From Gemmata obscuriglobus (lineage in GTDB: Bacteria; Planctomycetota; Planctomycetia; Gemmatales; Gemmataceae): a stretch of DNA of 32,000 nucleotides. The stretch is taken from the NCBI RefSeq assembly GCF_008065095.1, contig NZ_CP042911.1, forward strand, positions 990,001 through 1,022,000. Direction: 5' to 3'. Position 1 is the first letter of the stretch, and every line of letters starts with the position of its first letter. A program made the position numbers and the translations under genes. Below are positions 9,601 to 17,215 of the stretch, in pieces. A model generated the notes under the pieces. That model saw nothing but the letters and a program-made list of their open reading frames with translations, ran no database searches and was not told the origin of the DNA.

Positions 9601-10275
9601 GCCGCCGCGGCGAGCGTGCCGGAGGAGCCGCCGGAGCCGCCGGTGTCGCTGCGCCGGCTCATGCCCGCCGGGTGCGTCAGCCTCGGCGACGCCGTGGACC
9701 GGTTCCTGAAGGTGCTCACCGACGCGGACCTGGCGGAGATCGACCGCCGGGTGCAGGCGGTGCTGGAGCCGGAGACCGGCGGGCTGTTCCAGGTGTGCCT
9801 GAACTCGTCGGCGGGCGTCGAAGGGGTCATCGCGGTGGTGTTCGAGGAGACCCGGCTGCACCTCGACCGGCGGCTCGGCGAGGTGGGGCTGGCGGCGATG
9901 TTCGCCGAGCGGTTCCGCACCCCGCAGCAGGCCGAACGCGCGATCGAGCAGGCGTACCAGGAGGCCGAGCCGGCGTGGGTCGGCAACGGCCCGTGGGCCG
10001 GCTCGGAGGTGACCGTCCTCGCCTGCCCGGCCGGGGCGTCGGGCGAGGCCCTGCGCGAGCTGGCCCGGCGCGCGATCCCGGTGGCCGGGCTCCCGATCGC
10101 GGAGAGCCGCGACGACCTGACCATCTACCGCGAGTGGGCGTCGGTGCCGCTGGCGGCGCTGCCGCACCTGGGGCCGGCCGCGGCCGACGCGTACCGGACG
10201 ATCCCGGAAGTCGCCCAGTGCAGCGCGCACGCCCGGCTCGACGTCACCGCCTGGCTCGACGTGGACGCGCCCTGA
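6679..10275 (+). CDS. Ser/Thr protein kinase fused to a tubulin/FtsZ-like GTPase domain and a long helical C-terminal region
   Basis: I prefer ATG 6679 (MSVRFEAQVEPISGYKLLDRLGAGGFGEVW), because the in-frame upstream extension to 6148 has poor GC3 and an Arg/Ser-rich nonsense-like translation. Kinase motifs are GAGGFGEV, FKAIKII, HLDIKPQN, VADFG and VYAAPE. Downstream come IVIGLGNAG (nt 7723-7740) and VVAGTGGGTGGGMF (nt 8197-8226), the latter matching the tubulin signature [SAG]GGTG[SAT]G. The protein is 1198 aa from 6679. Confidence 0.85.
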   Translation: MSVRFEAQVEPISGYKLLDRLGAGGFGEVWRCEAPGGIFKAIKIIHGDLRSRDNDLVRYAEQELKSLKRVQQVRHPYLLALDRYDIVDGRLMIVMELADCNLWDRFRECRDRGLPGIPRDELLQYMTEIAEVLDLFNDQFQLQHLDIKPQNLFLLYNHVKVADFGQVKDLQGLMAEVTGGITPVYAAPETFDGVITRYCDQYSLACVYQELLTGVRPFDGSSMSQLLMQHLNLPPNLTPSPPNDRPALARALSKKPEDRWPNVASLVRSLAGAPAPSGVFPKYPAADNDTPTMIGLPPNIAPPGAAAAALVSVADDTPSRGGEIYGPVFTPAPPELGGDGPLQPAIVIGLGNAGLRVLQRLRFELHERYGPPATTPALRTLYIDTDPDGLEEAGRERFGDRLAALGSDEVFPARLNRAGHYLKPRFNGRSLTEGWFDPQLLYKLPRNPLTLGVRLFGRLAFLDHYRFIMAKVQAEIDAAVAPDALLLTEARTGLKRRTNRPRVYVVAGTGGGTGGGMFLDLAYAVRSRLKRMGYDRPDVRGLMVVPPADATLTSPQALGNTYAALTELNHYSRPDTVFTAHYDERSGFVKETDAPFARCYLLPGPAAGPSSPPGSGVSPVARRTPTNIPNPGARPRPGSGAANKPGSRVISLAAQRTPDPSAALSALRPFGDAAERIRLDLFAQVGRAADEARAAEEHDRDERPRGVTVGAFGIATFDWPRAEVVSRTAATVGRALLKRWAAPDLKRVREQMPGIAAQRWTQLGLDPDTILGHLQFAAEQAAGGKIDERAAAATEPLVPRGWLNRLPEPTQVGVALDTINRLLGPPAAALKRPLTALEEAVAKAAADAAASFALDLRTLAPVLVDDAEFRLAGTEELFRQFLATTDRLIERYTQLAAELDAKAVSGFECLSHYAHYQRGMWKPSAAELTDALRLYPRARFQAVTFRQLVGAYQTVRDTLSEQVADVAVARQRMAAAAASVPEEPPEPPVSLRRLMPAGCVSLGDAVDRFLKVLTDADLAEIDRRVQAVLEPETGGLFQVCLNSSAGVEGVIAVVFEETRLHLDRRLGEVGLAAMFAERFRTPQQAERAIEQAYQEAEPAWVGNGPWAGSEVTVLACPAGASGEALRELARRAIPVAGLPIAESRDDLTIYREWASVPLAALPHLGPAAADAYRTIPEVAQCSAHARLDVTAWLDVDAP

Positions 10276-10284
10276 GTAAAGCCG

Positions 10285-10506
10285 CGAAGAAGATGAAGAG
10301 GATTGGCCGCAAAAAAGCACAAAGGGCACAAAAGAAAACCGAAGAGGAAGACAGAAGAGGATCGGCCACAAAAAAGCACAAAGGGCACAAAAGGGAACCA
10401 AGGACCAAAGCAGAGGAGTGAGTTCAACACATTTCTGCTGTCTTCGTCCTGGTTTTCTTTTGTGCCCTTTGTGCTTTTTTGTGGCCGATCCTCTTCTCTT
10501 CTTCGT
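10285..10506. repeat. 60-bp repeat family: two direct copies plus one inverted copy, A-tract/CACAAA-rich
   Basis: The three copies are copy 1 at 10295-10353, copy 2 at 10354-10413 and copy 3 (inverted) at 10438-10496. The first 40 nt of copy 2 (GAAGAGGATCGGCCACAAAAAAGCACAAAGGGCACAAAAG, 10354-10393) is the exact reverse complement of 10457-10496, and copy 1 matches it at 38/40. The outer flanks CGAAGAAGATGAAGAG (10285-10300) and CTCTTCTCTTCTTCG (10491-10505) are also inverted. The whole block fills the gap between two convergent genes. Confidence 0.85.
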
Positions 10507-10519
10507 GCCCAATCCGCTC

Positions 10520-13267
10520 TTACCCGAGGGTCACTTCGATGCCGCTCATGTCCTCGTGCGCCAGGCCCAGCGCGATCCGCGCGAACACCTCGTCGCGGGT
10601 CTTGTTCCGGGTCTCGTAGTCCTTGAGGAACCACCAGAACCGGTACTCCACGACCTTCACGCTCCCCTTCTGGGTGTACCGCAGCACCGTCACCCCGTTC
10701 TCGGCCGACACGTTCTTGCACTGCCCCACCGCCGCGCGGATCACGCCGATCACCTTGCCGGCGTCTTTGTCTGTGCTCACGGTCACCGCGAGGGTGTCGT
10801 AAGTCTCCGTGCCCTTCGACAGGTTCTCCAGCGCCGACTCCGTGACCTTCCGGTTCGGTACGCTGAACACCAGCCCGCTGGAGGTCTTGAGGGCGGTCGA
10901 GCGCCAGGTGATGTCGACCACCCGGGCGGCCTCGATGTCGCCGAGCCGGACCACGTCGCCGACCTGGAACCGGCGCTCGGCGAAGATGACGACCGACCCG
11001 AGCACGTCGGCGATCATCGGCCGGGCGGCGAGCGCCACCGCCAGCGCGCCGATCGCCAGCGCGATCACCAGCGCCGTCACGTCGTACCCCAGCACGCTGA
11101 GGGTGAGGGCAACCGCCGCCCCCCAGGTGGCGGCCCGCACCCCGCGGCGCAGCACCGCCAGCACCGGCGACGGGTTCCCCGCCGCGTCGGTACCGCCCCG
11201 CATGCCCCGGCGCAGGGTCAGCAGCACAACCGCCGGCAGGATCAGCGCGCCGAGTAGGATCAGCCCGACCTTGATGCCGGTGGCCCGCAGCCCGCGGAGC
11301 CGGGCGTCCTGGAGTTCGGCCCGGGCACGACCGATCTCGCCGCCGCCCGCCGGGAGCTTGCTCTGCTGGGCGAACTTCGCGGGCTCGGGCGCCGCGTTCC
11401 CGGTCAGGGCTTCCACCCGCCGCGCCGCCGCGGCGGCAACGGCGCTCAGCCGGGCGGCCTCGTTCTGGTAAGTGGCCGCTTCGGCGCGCAGCCCGTTGGG
11501 AGTAAGCTGCCCGCTGAGCCATTCGTCCCACCCGCGGGTCTCTGCGGTCGCGTTCGCGCGCCGCGCCAGAACCGCGCGCAGCTTCGCGGCGTCGGCGGCC
11601 TCGCGCGTCGTGAGGTCCACGAGCTGGTCGATGACCTCGCGCTGGCGCTTCAGGTTGTCGGCCCGCTCGTCGGCGTCGACCAGCTCGCGGTAGTACGCGG
11701 CGAGCAGCTCCGCCGCCCCCAGCGCGGGCTTCGAGCGGTCGAACGCCAGCGCCCAGTCCCACTCGCCGGCCTCGCGGGCGAGCCGCTCGGCGGCACGCTG
11801 GTCGAGCCGCTTCTGCTCCGCCTCGGTGCGGTCCTTGTACGCGAGCGCGAGGTCGGTCCCGAGCTTCTGGAGCTCGTTGAGCAGCGCGAGCCGCTCGGAC
11901 ACGCGGGCGTGGAGCTGCGCGGTGAGGTTCTTGACGTTGTCGGCGTCGGCGTCGGGCTTGCGGAGGGCGTCGCGTTCCTGGCGCAACTCGGCCAGGGCTT
12001 GTGCCGCCTCGTGGGCGTCGCTCTCCAGGGCGGCGCGGCCGACGCTCGTGCTCGCGTCCGGCGCTTTCGCAGGGTCCAGGTCGCCGGCCGCGACGCGGCG
12101 GCCGATTTCCGTCGAGATCAGCCCCAGGCGCGTCACCGCACGACGGGCGGCATCAAGGGTGGTGGCGTAAGCGACGGTCTTTTTCTCCAACTCGTCCAGC
12201 GCCGCCGCGAGCGCCTTCTCCTTGTCGGCCCGCTCGTCGGCGGTGCGAAGCCGGGCCGCCATGTATTGCTGTGCCGCCGTGAGCTTTTCCACCGCCTTCG
12301 GTAGTGGGGTGGTCGTGTCGAACGGAGCCGCACCGGCCGGCGGGAGCGGCTCCTTGACCCAAGCGACCACGGCCCGCGCGTCGCGGACCGCGGCGCGGTC
12401 CGCGTGGAAGTCGCGGGCGTCCCCGACGGCCGCAGCCGTCTTCTCGGCCAGCACCTGACGGAGCCCGGCGATCTCGTCCGCGAGCCGCTGCGGGTTCATC
12501 AGGCGAATCTGGCTCTCGTACTGCGCCGTCGCGGTTGCGTCGGTTTGGGCGCCTTTCAGAGCCTCGACTTTCGCTGCGGAGCCGGTCACCGCGGCTCGGG
12601 CGTCGGCAAGTTCCTTCTCCAGCGCGCCGAGATCGCTTTTGGCCTTTTCGGTAGCCGTTTTTGCTTCTTGTGTGCGCGTCTTGAGTTGAGCGGCCGCGGC
12701 GTCGAGCTGCTGCGGCGCGATCGCGTTGGGCAGGTCGCCCGCGCCCGCCTTTACGGCCGCCGTCGCCGTAGCCTTCAACCGGAAGAGGAGGTCGTCCGCG
12801 GCCTGTGCGACACGATCGAACTCAGCACCCGCGCCGCCGACCGCGAGCAAGGCCGAATGAACGGCCTCGAGCGCACGCACGCGGGCGGTGAGGTAATCGC
12901 CCCGGGCCTGTTCGGCCTTGATCGCCGCGTCGTCGGGCTGGAGCGAGAGCGGCCCGGGCGCCGGCGGCTTGAGGTCGGTGACCTGCTGGCGGGCCTTGGT
13001 CGCGTCTGCGACGCGAAGGGTGAGGCGCCCGTGGGCCACGTCCACCGCGCCCTTGTGCCCCACCCACTCCTGCGCGAGCCGCTCGGCGAGCGGTTTCAGT
13101 TCGTCGGCGGTGCGGCCCGTGAGCTGGTCCCCGAACGCCTTGCGCCCCTGCGCCGGGTCCGGTTTGGGAGGCGCGTTCTTCTGATCGTTCGATCGGCCCG
13201 CGCCGGCCGACAGGCAGACGGCGGCGATCAGGAGAGGAGCGGCGAGGCGAATCCGGGTGGGGAGCAT
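10520..13267 (-). CDS. mechanosensitive ion channel family protein (MscS/MscK-like) with long N-terminal coiled-coil domain
   Basis: The ORF is 915 aa with signal-like MLPTRIRLAAPLLIAAVCLSAGAG, followed by about 600 aa that are Ala/Glu/Lys/Arg-rich and helical. TM helices and an MscS core follow (PMIADVLGSVVIFAERRFQVGDVVRLGDIEAARVVDITWRSTALKTSSGLVFSVPN). Confidence 0.8.
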   Translation of the reverse strand: MLPTRIRLAAPLLIAAVCLSAGAGRSNDQKNAPPKPDPAQGRKAFGDQLTGRTADELKPLAERLAQEWVGHKGAVDVAHGRLTLRVADATKARQQVTDLKPPAPGPLSLQPDDAAIKAEQARGDYLTARVRALEAVHSALLAVGGAGAEFDRVAQAADDLLFRLKATATAAVKAGAGDLPNAIAPQQLDAAAAQLKTRTQEAKTATEKAKSDLGALEKELADARAAVTGSAAKVEALKGAQTDATATAQYESQIRLMNPQRLADEIAGLRQVLAEKTAAAVGDARDFHADRAAVRDARAVVAWVKEPLPPAGAAPFDTTTPLPKAVEKLTAAQQYMAARLRTADERADKEKALAAALDELEKKTVAYATTLDAARRAVTRLGLISTEIGRRVAAGDLDPAKAPDASTSVGRAALESDAHEAAQALAELRQERDALRKPDADADNVKNLTAQLHARVSERLALLNELQKLGTDLALAYKDRTEAEQKRLDQRAAERLAREAGEWDWALAFDRSKPALGAAELLAAYYRELVDADERADNLKRQREVIDQLVDLTTREAADAAKLRAVLARRANATAETRGWDEWLSGQLTPNGLRAEAATYQNEAARLSAVAAAAARRVEALTGNAAPEPAKFAQQSKLPAGGGEIGRARAELQDARLRGLRATGIKVGLILLGALILPAVVLLTLRRGMRGGTDAAGNPSPVLAVLRRGVRAATWGAAVALTLSVLGYDVTALVIALAIGALAVALAARPMIADVLGSVVIFAERRFQVGDVVRLGDIEAARVVDITWRSTALKTSSGLVFSVPNRKVTESALENLSKGTETYDTLAVTVSTDKDAGKVIGVIRAAVGQCKNVSAENGVTVLRYTQKGSVKVVEYRFWWFLKDYETRNKTRDEVFARIALGLAHEDMSGIEVTLG

Positions 13268-13442
13268 GGTGTCTCGCGCGTGCGGTTCGGGTGCAACATC
13301 CGCGGCACGGTGAGTTTAGTTACTCGCCGGCGCCGCCGGAAGTGGCCGGGCGGTTGCGGTTGCGTGTTTCGCACCGGTTCGCTATGCGCCGAGCGAAATA
13401 CGTTCCAGTTCGGTACGAACTCCGGCCCGAGGCGGTTTAAGG

Positions 13443-15299
13443 ATGAGGCGAGTCCGCCGCTCCCTGTTCGCGTGCGCGGTTGCGGTTTCAGGAGCCGCGG
13501 CCGGGTGCAGCACTGCGGACACGTTCCTCGACCGCCCCGCCTCGACCGCCCGCGGGCAACTCCAGACGCGGCCCGGTACAACCGGCATCGCGTCACCGCC
13601 CAAATCGTTGAGCGCCGGTAAACCTCCCGCCGTGAATGCGGCGCCGCCGCTGGAGCCCGCGGACAGGCCGCTCCCGATCAACCTCGCCACGGCGCTCCGC
13701 CTGTCGAACGCGCGCCCGTTAGACGTGCAGATCGCCGGGCAGCAGGTGGCCGCGGCGGCGGCGGTGTACGACCGCGCCCGGGTGCTCTGGCTGCCGAACG
13801 TCTCGCTGGGCACCGACTACTTCGCGCACACCGGGCCGCAGCAGAACTTCGCCGGGGAGTTGGTGAAGTCGAACCGGAACACGTTCATGGCCGGGTTCGG
13901 GCCGAACGTGGTGTTCTCGTTCTCGGACGCCGTGTACGCGCCCCTCGCCGCGCGCCAGGAGCTGCGCCTGCGGCAGGCCCAGCAGCAGAGCGCCGCCAAC
14001 GATTCTACGCTCGCCGCGGCCGAGGCGTACTTCGGGATCCAGCAGGCGCGGGGCGACCTGGCCGGCGCGCTGGCCGCCGAGGCCCGCGCAGAGGAACTGG
14101 CCCGCAAGACCACGGAACTCACGAAGGGGCTCGCGCCGCCCGCCGAGGAGCACCGGGCGCGTGCGGAACTCGGGCGCCGCAAGATCGCGGTGGCCGCGGC
14201 GCGCGAGCGCTGGCGGACCGCCAGCGCCGAACTCGCCCGCGTCCTGCGACTGGACGCCGCGGCGGTGGTCGAGCCGGCGGAGCCTGCGTTCCTGCCGGTC
14301 ACGGTGATCGACCCGACCGTCGCCGTCGACGACCTGATCCCCCTCGCCCTCTCCACCCGTCCCGAACTGGCGGGCAACCAGGCGCTCGTTCAGGCGACGC
14401 TGGCGCGGCTGAAACAAGAGAAGATCCGCCCGCTGGTGCCGAGCCTCGCCGTTCGGAGCGTGTCCACCAACCCCAGCGGCTCGCTGGGCTACGGGACGTT
14501 CGGCGGCGGGCGCTCCGGGGACCTGAAGAACTTCGACGGCCGGTTCGACATCGACGTTCAGCTCCTGTGGGAGTTCTCGGCGCTGGGGCTCGGGAACCGG
14601 GCGCGGGTCCACGAGCGGCGGGCGGAGCACGAACTGGCGACGCTCGAGCTGTTCCGCACGCAGGACCGCATCGCGGCGGAGGTGGCGACGGCGTTCGCCC
14701 AGGTGCGTGCGGCGGCCCTGCGCCTGAACGCGGCCGAGCCGGCGCTCCGGGAGGCGATCGAACTCGTGCAAAAGAGCACGGAGGGGCTGGGCCAGACGCG
14801 ACGGGTCGGGGACGCGCTCACGCTCGTGGTCCGCCCGCAGGAGGCGGTGGCGGCGGTGCAAGCGTTCGCGCAGGCCAGCACCGACTTCTTCGCCGCCGTG
14901 GCCGACTACAACCGCGCCCAGTTCCGGCTGTACCGGGCGCTCGGGCACCCGGCCCAGTGCCTCGCCGGAGCGGTGACCCCAGCCGCGGCCGCAACGACCG
15001 AGCCGCCGGGCGAGGGGCAGCCGCGGATGAATGCCCCCGCGCAACCGGAGCCGCTCCCGGTCGTTCCAAGTGTGAGGGCCGAGCCGCCGGTCTCGGTCGT
15101 CGCCCCGCCTGCGGCGCCGGAACTCAAGGTGCCCCTACCGGACGTGGCGCCTCCGTTGCTCTCGCCAAAACCGGCGGTGCCGCTGCCCGTGCAGGAGTGG
15201 GTTTCGGTGCCGGGGGCTCCTTTGCCGCCCGAAAATCGTTCCCCGGTGGTGATCGAGGAGGCGCGCGAGGTTGTACCGAAAGTGCCGGACGGGAAATAA
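13443..15299 (+). CDS. TolC/NodT-family outer membrane efflux protein (lipobox) with Pro-rich C-terminal tail
   Basis: The ORF is 618 aa. MRRVRRSLFACAVAVSGAAAGC looks like a lipoprotein signal. LPINLATALRLSNARPLDVQIAGQQVAAAAAVYDRARVLWLPNVSLGTDY and the repeated helical/coiled segments are typical of TolC-family proteins. The last ~100 aa are Pro/Val/Ala-rich. Confidence 0.8.
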   Translation: MRRVRRSLFACAVAVSGAAAGCSTADTFLDRPASTARGQLQTRPGTTGIASPPKSLSAGKPPAVNAAPPLEPADRPLPINLATALRLSNARPLDVQIAGQQVAAAAAVYDRARVLWLPNVSLGTDYFAHTGPQQNFAGELVKSNRNTFMAGFGPNVVFSFSDAVYAPLAARQELRLRQAQQQSAANDSTLAAAEAYFGIQQARGDLAGALAAEARAEELARKTTELTKGLAPPAEEHRARAELGRRKIAVAAARERWRTASAELARVLRLDAAAVVEPAEPAFLPVTVIDPTVAVDDLIPLALSTRPELAGNQALVQATLARLKQEKIRPLVPSLAVRSVSTNPSGSLGYGTFGGGRSGDLKNFDGRFDIDVQLLWEFSALGLGNRARVHERRAEHELATLELFRTQDRIAAEVATAFAQVRAAALRLNAAEPALREAIELVQKSTEGLGQTRRVGDALTLVVRPQEAVAAVQAFAQASTDFFAAVADYNRAQFRLYRALGHPAQCLAGAVTPAAAATTEPPGEGQPRMNAPAQPEPLPVVPSVRAEPPVSVVAPPAAPELKVPLPDVAPPLLSPKPAVPLPVQEWVSVPGAPLPPENRSPVVIEEAREVVPKVPDGK

Positions 15300-15415
15300 G
15301 CGATATTTTCCGATGGCCGATTCGATGTTGATTTCATAGCGGCTTTTTGGCATGCTGAAATCCGGGCACTGAGCCCGTGTCGAAATGTCGGAACCGAACG
15401 GAGGATTCGACGGTC

Positions 15416-15958
15416 ATGTGGAACCCACCCCCTGAGCACCCGCTGCGGCGGCTGTTTGCGGGGCTCGCCGAACACGCCTTCTTCTCCCATCTCGGCGTGG
15501 CCGACCCGCCCCTGACTGATTACCTCTCCTCGCTGCTCACCCGGTTCATTCACAACGACGCCGTGTTCCGACTGCGCGGCGACGGCGGTCAACCGCTCAC
15601 CGAGCTGACCGACATGGTGGTCGAAGCCGCGCGCCTCCCGGCGGGCGGGCGCACCCAGTGCGACTACTACCGCCACATCGGGGACTTCGCGCTGTTCTGG
15701 ACCGGGGTGTACCCGGAGGCCGTCGAGCGGATGCGGGCGCGGGCGTGCAAGGACGCGTTCGTGAACTACACCGCCCAGGGCAAGCGCGGGTACATGCTCA
15801 CCAGCCGGCTCGAAGAGGAGCGGCACCACGACGAAGAGGCCGGGCTGTTCCGCCGGCTGAGCGACCAGTTCGAGGTGTGCGCGCTGGGGCTGCGGAAGGT
15901 GCGCGAGGAGTGGGAAGAGATGCGGTCCGCGCCGCCAGGTGGCGGGGTGATCGGGTGA
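15416..15958 (+). CDS. hypothetical protein (180 aa), no domain recognised
   Basis: ATG 15416 is preceded by GGAGGA (15400-15405). GC3 is high. The translation is MWNPPPEHPLRRLFAGLAEHAFFSHLGVADPPLTDYLSSLLTRFIHNDAVFRL...; I recognise no family. Confidence 0.6.
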   Translation: MWNPPPEHPLRRLFAGLAEHAFFSHLGVADPPLTDYLSSLLTRFIHNDAVFRLRGDGGQPLTELTDMVVEAARLPAGGRTQCDYYRHIGDFALFWTGVYPEAVERMRARACKDAFVNYTAQGKRGYMLTSRLEEERHHDEEAGLFRRLSDQFEVCALGLRKVREEWEEMRSAPPGGGVIG

Positions 15959-15966
15959 CCGGCGCG

Positions 15967-16245
15967 AACGGCCCGCACGCCGAAACGTGCGGGCCGTTGT
16001 GCTGCGTCGGGTTGCGTCTACTTCTCGACCCGGTTCGCGGAAGGCTCACGGCACCGCCGGGCTGAATTCACCGGCGCCCGGTGCGGAACCACGACCTACG
16101 GGGTTGTACCAGCCCGCACCGGGCGCCGGTGAATTCAGCCCGAAAGCGGTGCTGGAACAGCCTTCCCCGAGTTGTGTGCGAAGCCATTCGCTCGGCCGAC
16201 GCAACATCGGCCTGCTGCAAGGCAGCGAGCTAAACGCGAACCCGA
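15967..16245. ncRNA. structured repeat element, copy A (four hairpins H0-H4; transcribed strand unknown)
   Basis: H0 is 15967-15998 (13-bp perfect stem). A conserved TACTTCT lies at 16019-16025 and GCTCACGG at 16044-16051. H2 is 16051-16152 (7+3+26 bp stem with a 3-nt bulge and a 27-nt apical region). H3 is 16194-16212 and H4 is 16214-16226, followed by a conserved GAGCTAAAC tail. It is homologous to copy B, with compensatory changes (see findings). Confidence 0.65.
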
Positions 16246-16285
16246 TGCACGCACTTTAACCGCACCCCGCGCGGGCCGCAAGCGG

Positions 16286-17158
16286 CTACTTCTTCGCCGG
16301 CGCGGGCTTCAGGTACTTGGGCAATTCAGACGGGTCCAGATCGACCTTCGCGCCCTCCTTGGGCACGTCCACGCCCGCGGCCCAGAGGATGCCGTTCACC
16401 AGCAACCGCCGGTAGCCCTCCTCCGCGAAGCTGGCGTGCAGGTGCGCCCCAGTAAACGTGAACGCCCGCCCGCCCTCGGGCCGCTCGTAGGTCCACGCGA
16501 CCACGTCCTGCCCGCCGGTAGGTTTGGCGGTCGTCTTCGGGTTCCACGTCCGCAGGACCGGCGTCACGCCCTTCATGCCGGCAACGAACGTGTTCTTGAA
16601 CAAATAGCCGTCGTCGATCTTGAACGGCTTCACCCCGTTGCACACCGGGTGTTCCGGGAACCTGTCGAACGTCGTGACCCAGTGGGCGCGCTCGCCGGCA
16701 CCCTTCTCCCACGCGCCGCCGCTCCACTCCCGCGCCTTGGCGCCGAAGTCCTTTGGGTAATCGGCCGTCTGGTGGAACTGCACGAGCCCGGCCTTCGCGT
16801 CCATCAGCTTTTGCACCTGCGCGAGCCGCTCGCCCTTGAGCGCCTGGTGCTTCTCGGCCCCGTCGAACAGGAACACGACCGCCTTGGCGTTGTCGAGCGT
16901 GTCGGCCTTCTTGGGCCAGTCGAGCGCGAGCACGGGCGCGACGTTCGGGGTCTGCTTCAGCAGGTCCGCAAGAACCGCGCAGTTCGCGACGTAGTCGTGT
17001 TCGCCGGCCTTGTAGTAGTTCGAGCCGGCGATCAGGACGATCTTCGTCGCTTTCGGGTCGGCGGGCGGCTCGATCGGCGGGGCGTTTTTGGGCGGGTCGG
17101 CGGCCGCCGCGAGTGCGGGCATGATGAGCGCGGCGGCGAGGAGAGTGGCGTAGCGCAT
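16286..17158 (-). CDS. ThuA-domain protein, secreted (paralogue of 5038-6060)
   Basis: I prefer the ATG (CAT at 17156-17158) giving MRYATLLAAALIMPALAAAADPP as a signal peptide. KIVLIAGSNYYKAGEHDYVANCAVLADLL...AKAVVFLFDGAEKH...GLVQFHQTADYP is ThuA-like. GC3 is high. Confidence 0.75.
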   Translation of the reverse strand: MRYATLLAAALIMPALAAAADPPKNAPPIEPPADPKATKIVLIAGSNYYKAGEHDYVANCAVLADLLKQTPNVAPVLALDWPKKADTLDNAKAVVFLFDGAEKHQALKGERLAQVQKLMDAKAGLVQFHQTADYPKDFGAKAREWSGGAWEKGAGERAHWVTTFDRFPEHPVCNGVKPFKIDDGYLFKNTFVAGMKGVTPVLRTWNPKTTAKPTGGQDVVAWTYERPEGGRAFTFTGAHLHASFAEEGYRRLLVNGILWAAGVDVPKEGAKVDLDPSELPKYLKPAPAKK

Positions 17159-17215
17159 GAGTGGGGTTCCGAGAGGTGAAACCGCCCGAGCGTAACACAC
17201 GCACCGCAGAAACGA

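Noticed and set aside
10303-10626. Small ORFs encoding KKHKGHKRKP-type lysine-rich peptides across the 60-bp repeats, on both strands.
   Set aside because: They are translations of the A-rich repeat and its inverted copy. They lack codon bias, and the same peptide appears on both strands simply because of the inverted repeat.
16045-16054. The 10-mer CTCACGGCAC is shared by element copy A (16045-16054), copy B (17288-17297) and the sigma-54 promoter (21156-21165). This raised the question of whether the elements are sigma-54 promoters.
   Set aside because: In both elements the position 12 nt downstream of GG is not GC and there is no TTGC -12 box, so they do not fit the GG-N10-GC rule. The shared 10-mer is probably coincidental.
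16051-16152. A tRNA-like cloverleaf or small-ribozyme (hammerhead-type CUGAUGA...GAAA) interpretation of hairpin H2.
   Set aside because: There are no tRNA T-loop or D-loop consensus sequences. The GAAA in copy A is GATA in copy B, and CUGAUGA is absent. The perfect 26-bp arm complementarity favours one long hairpin.
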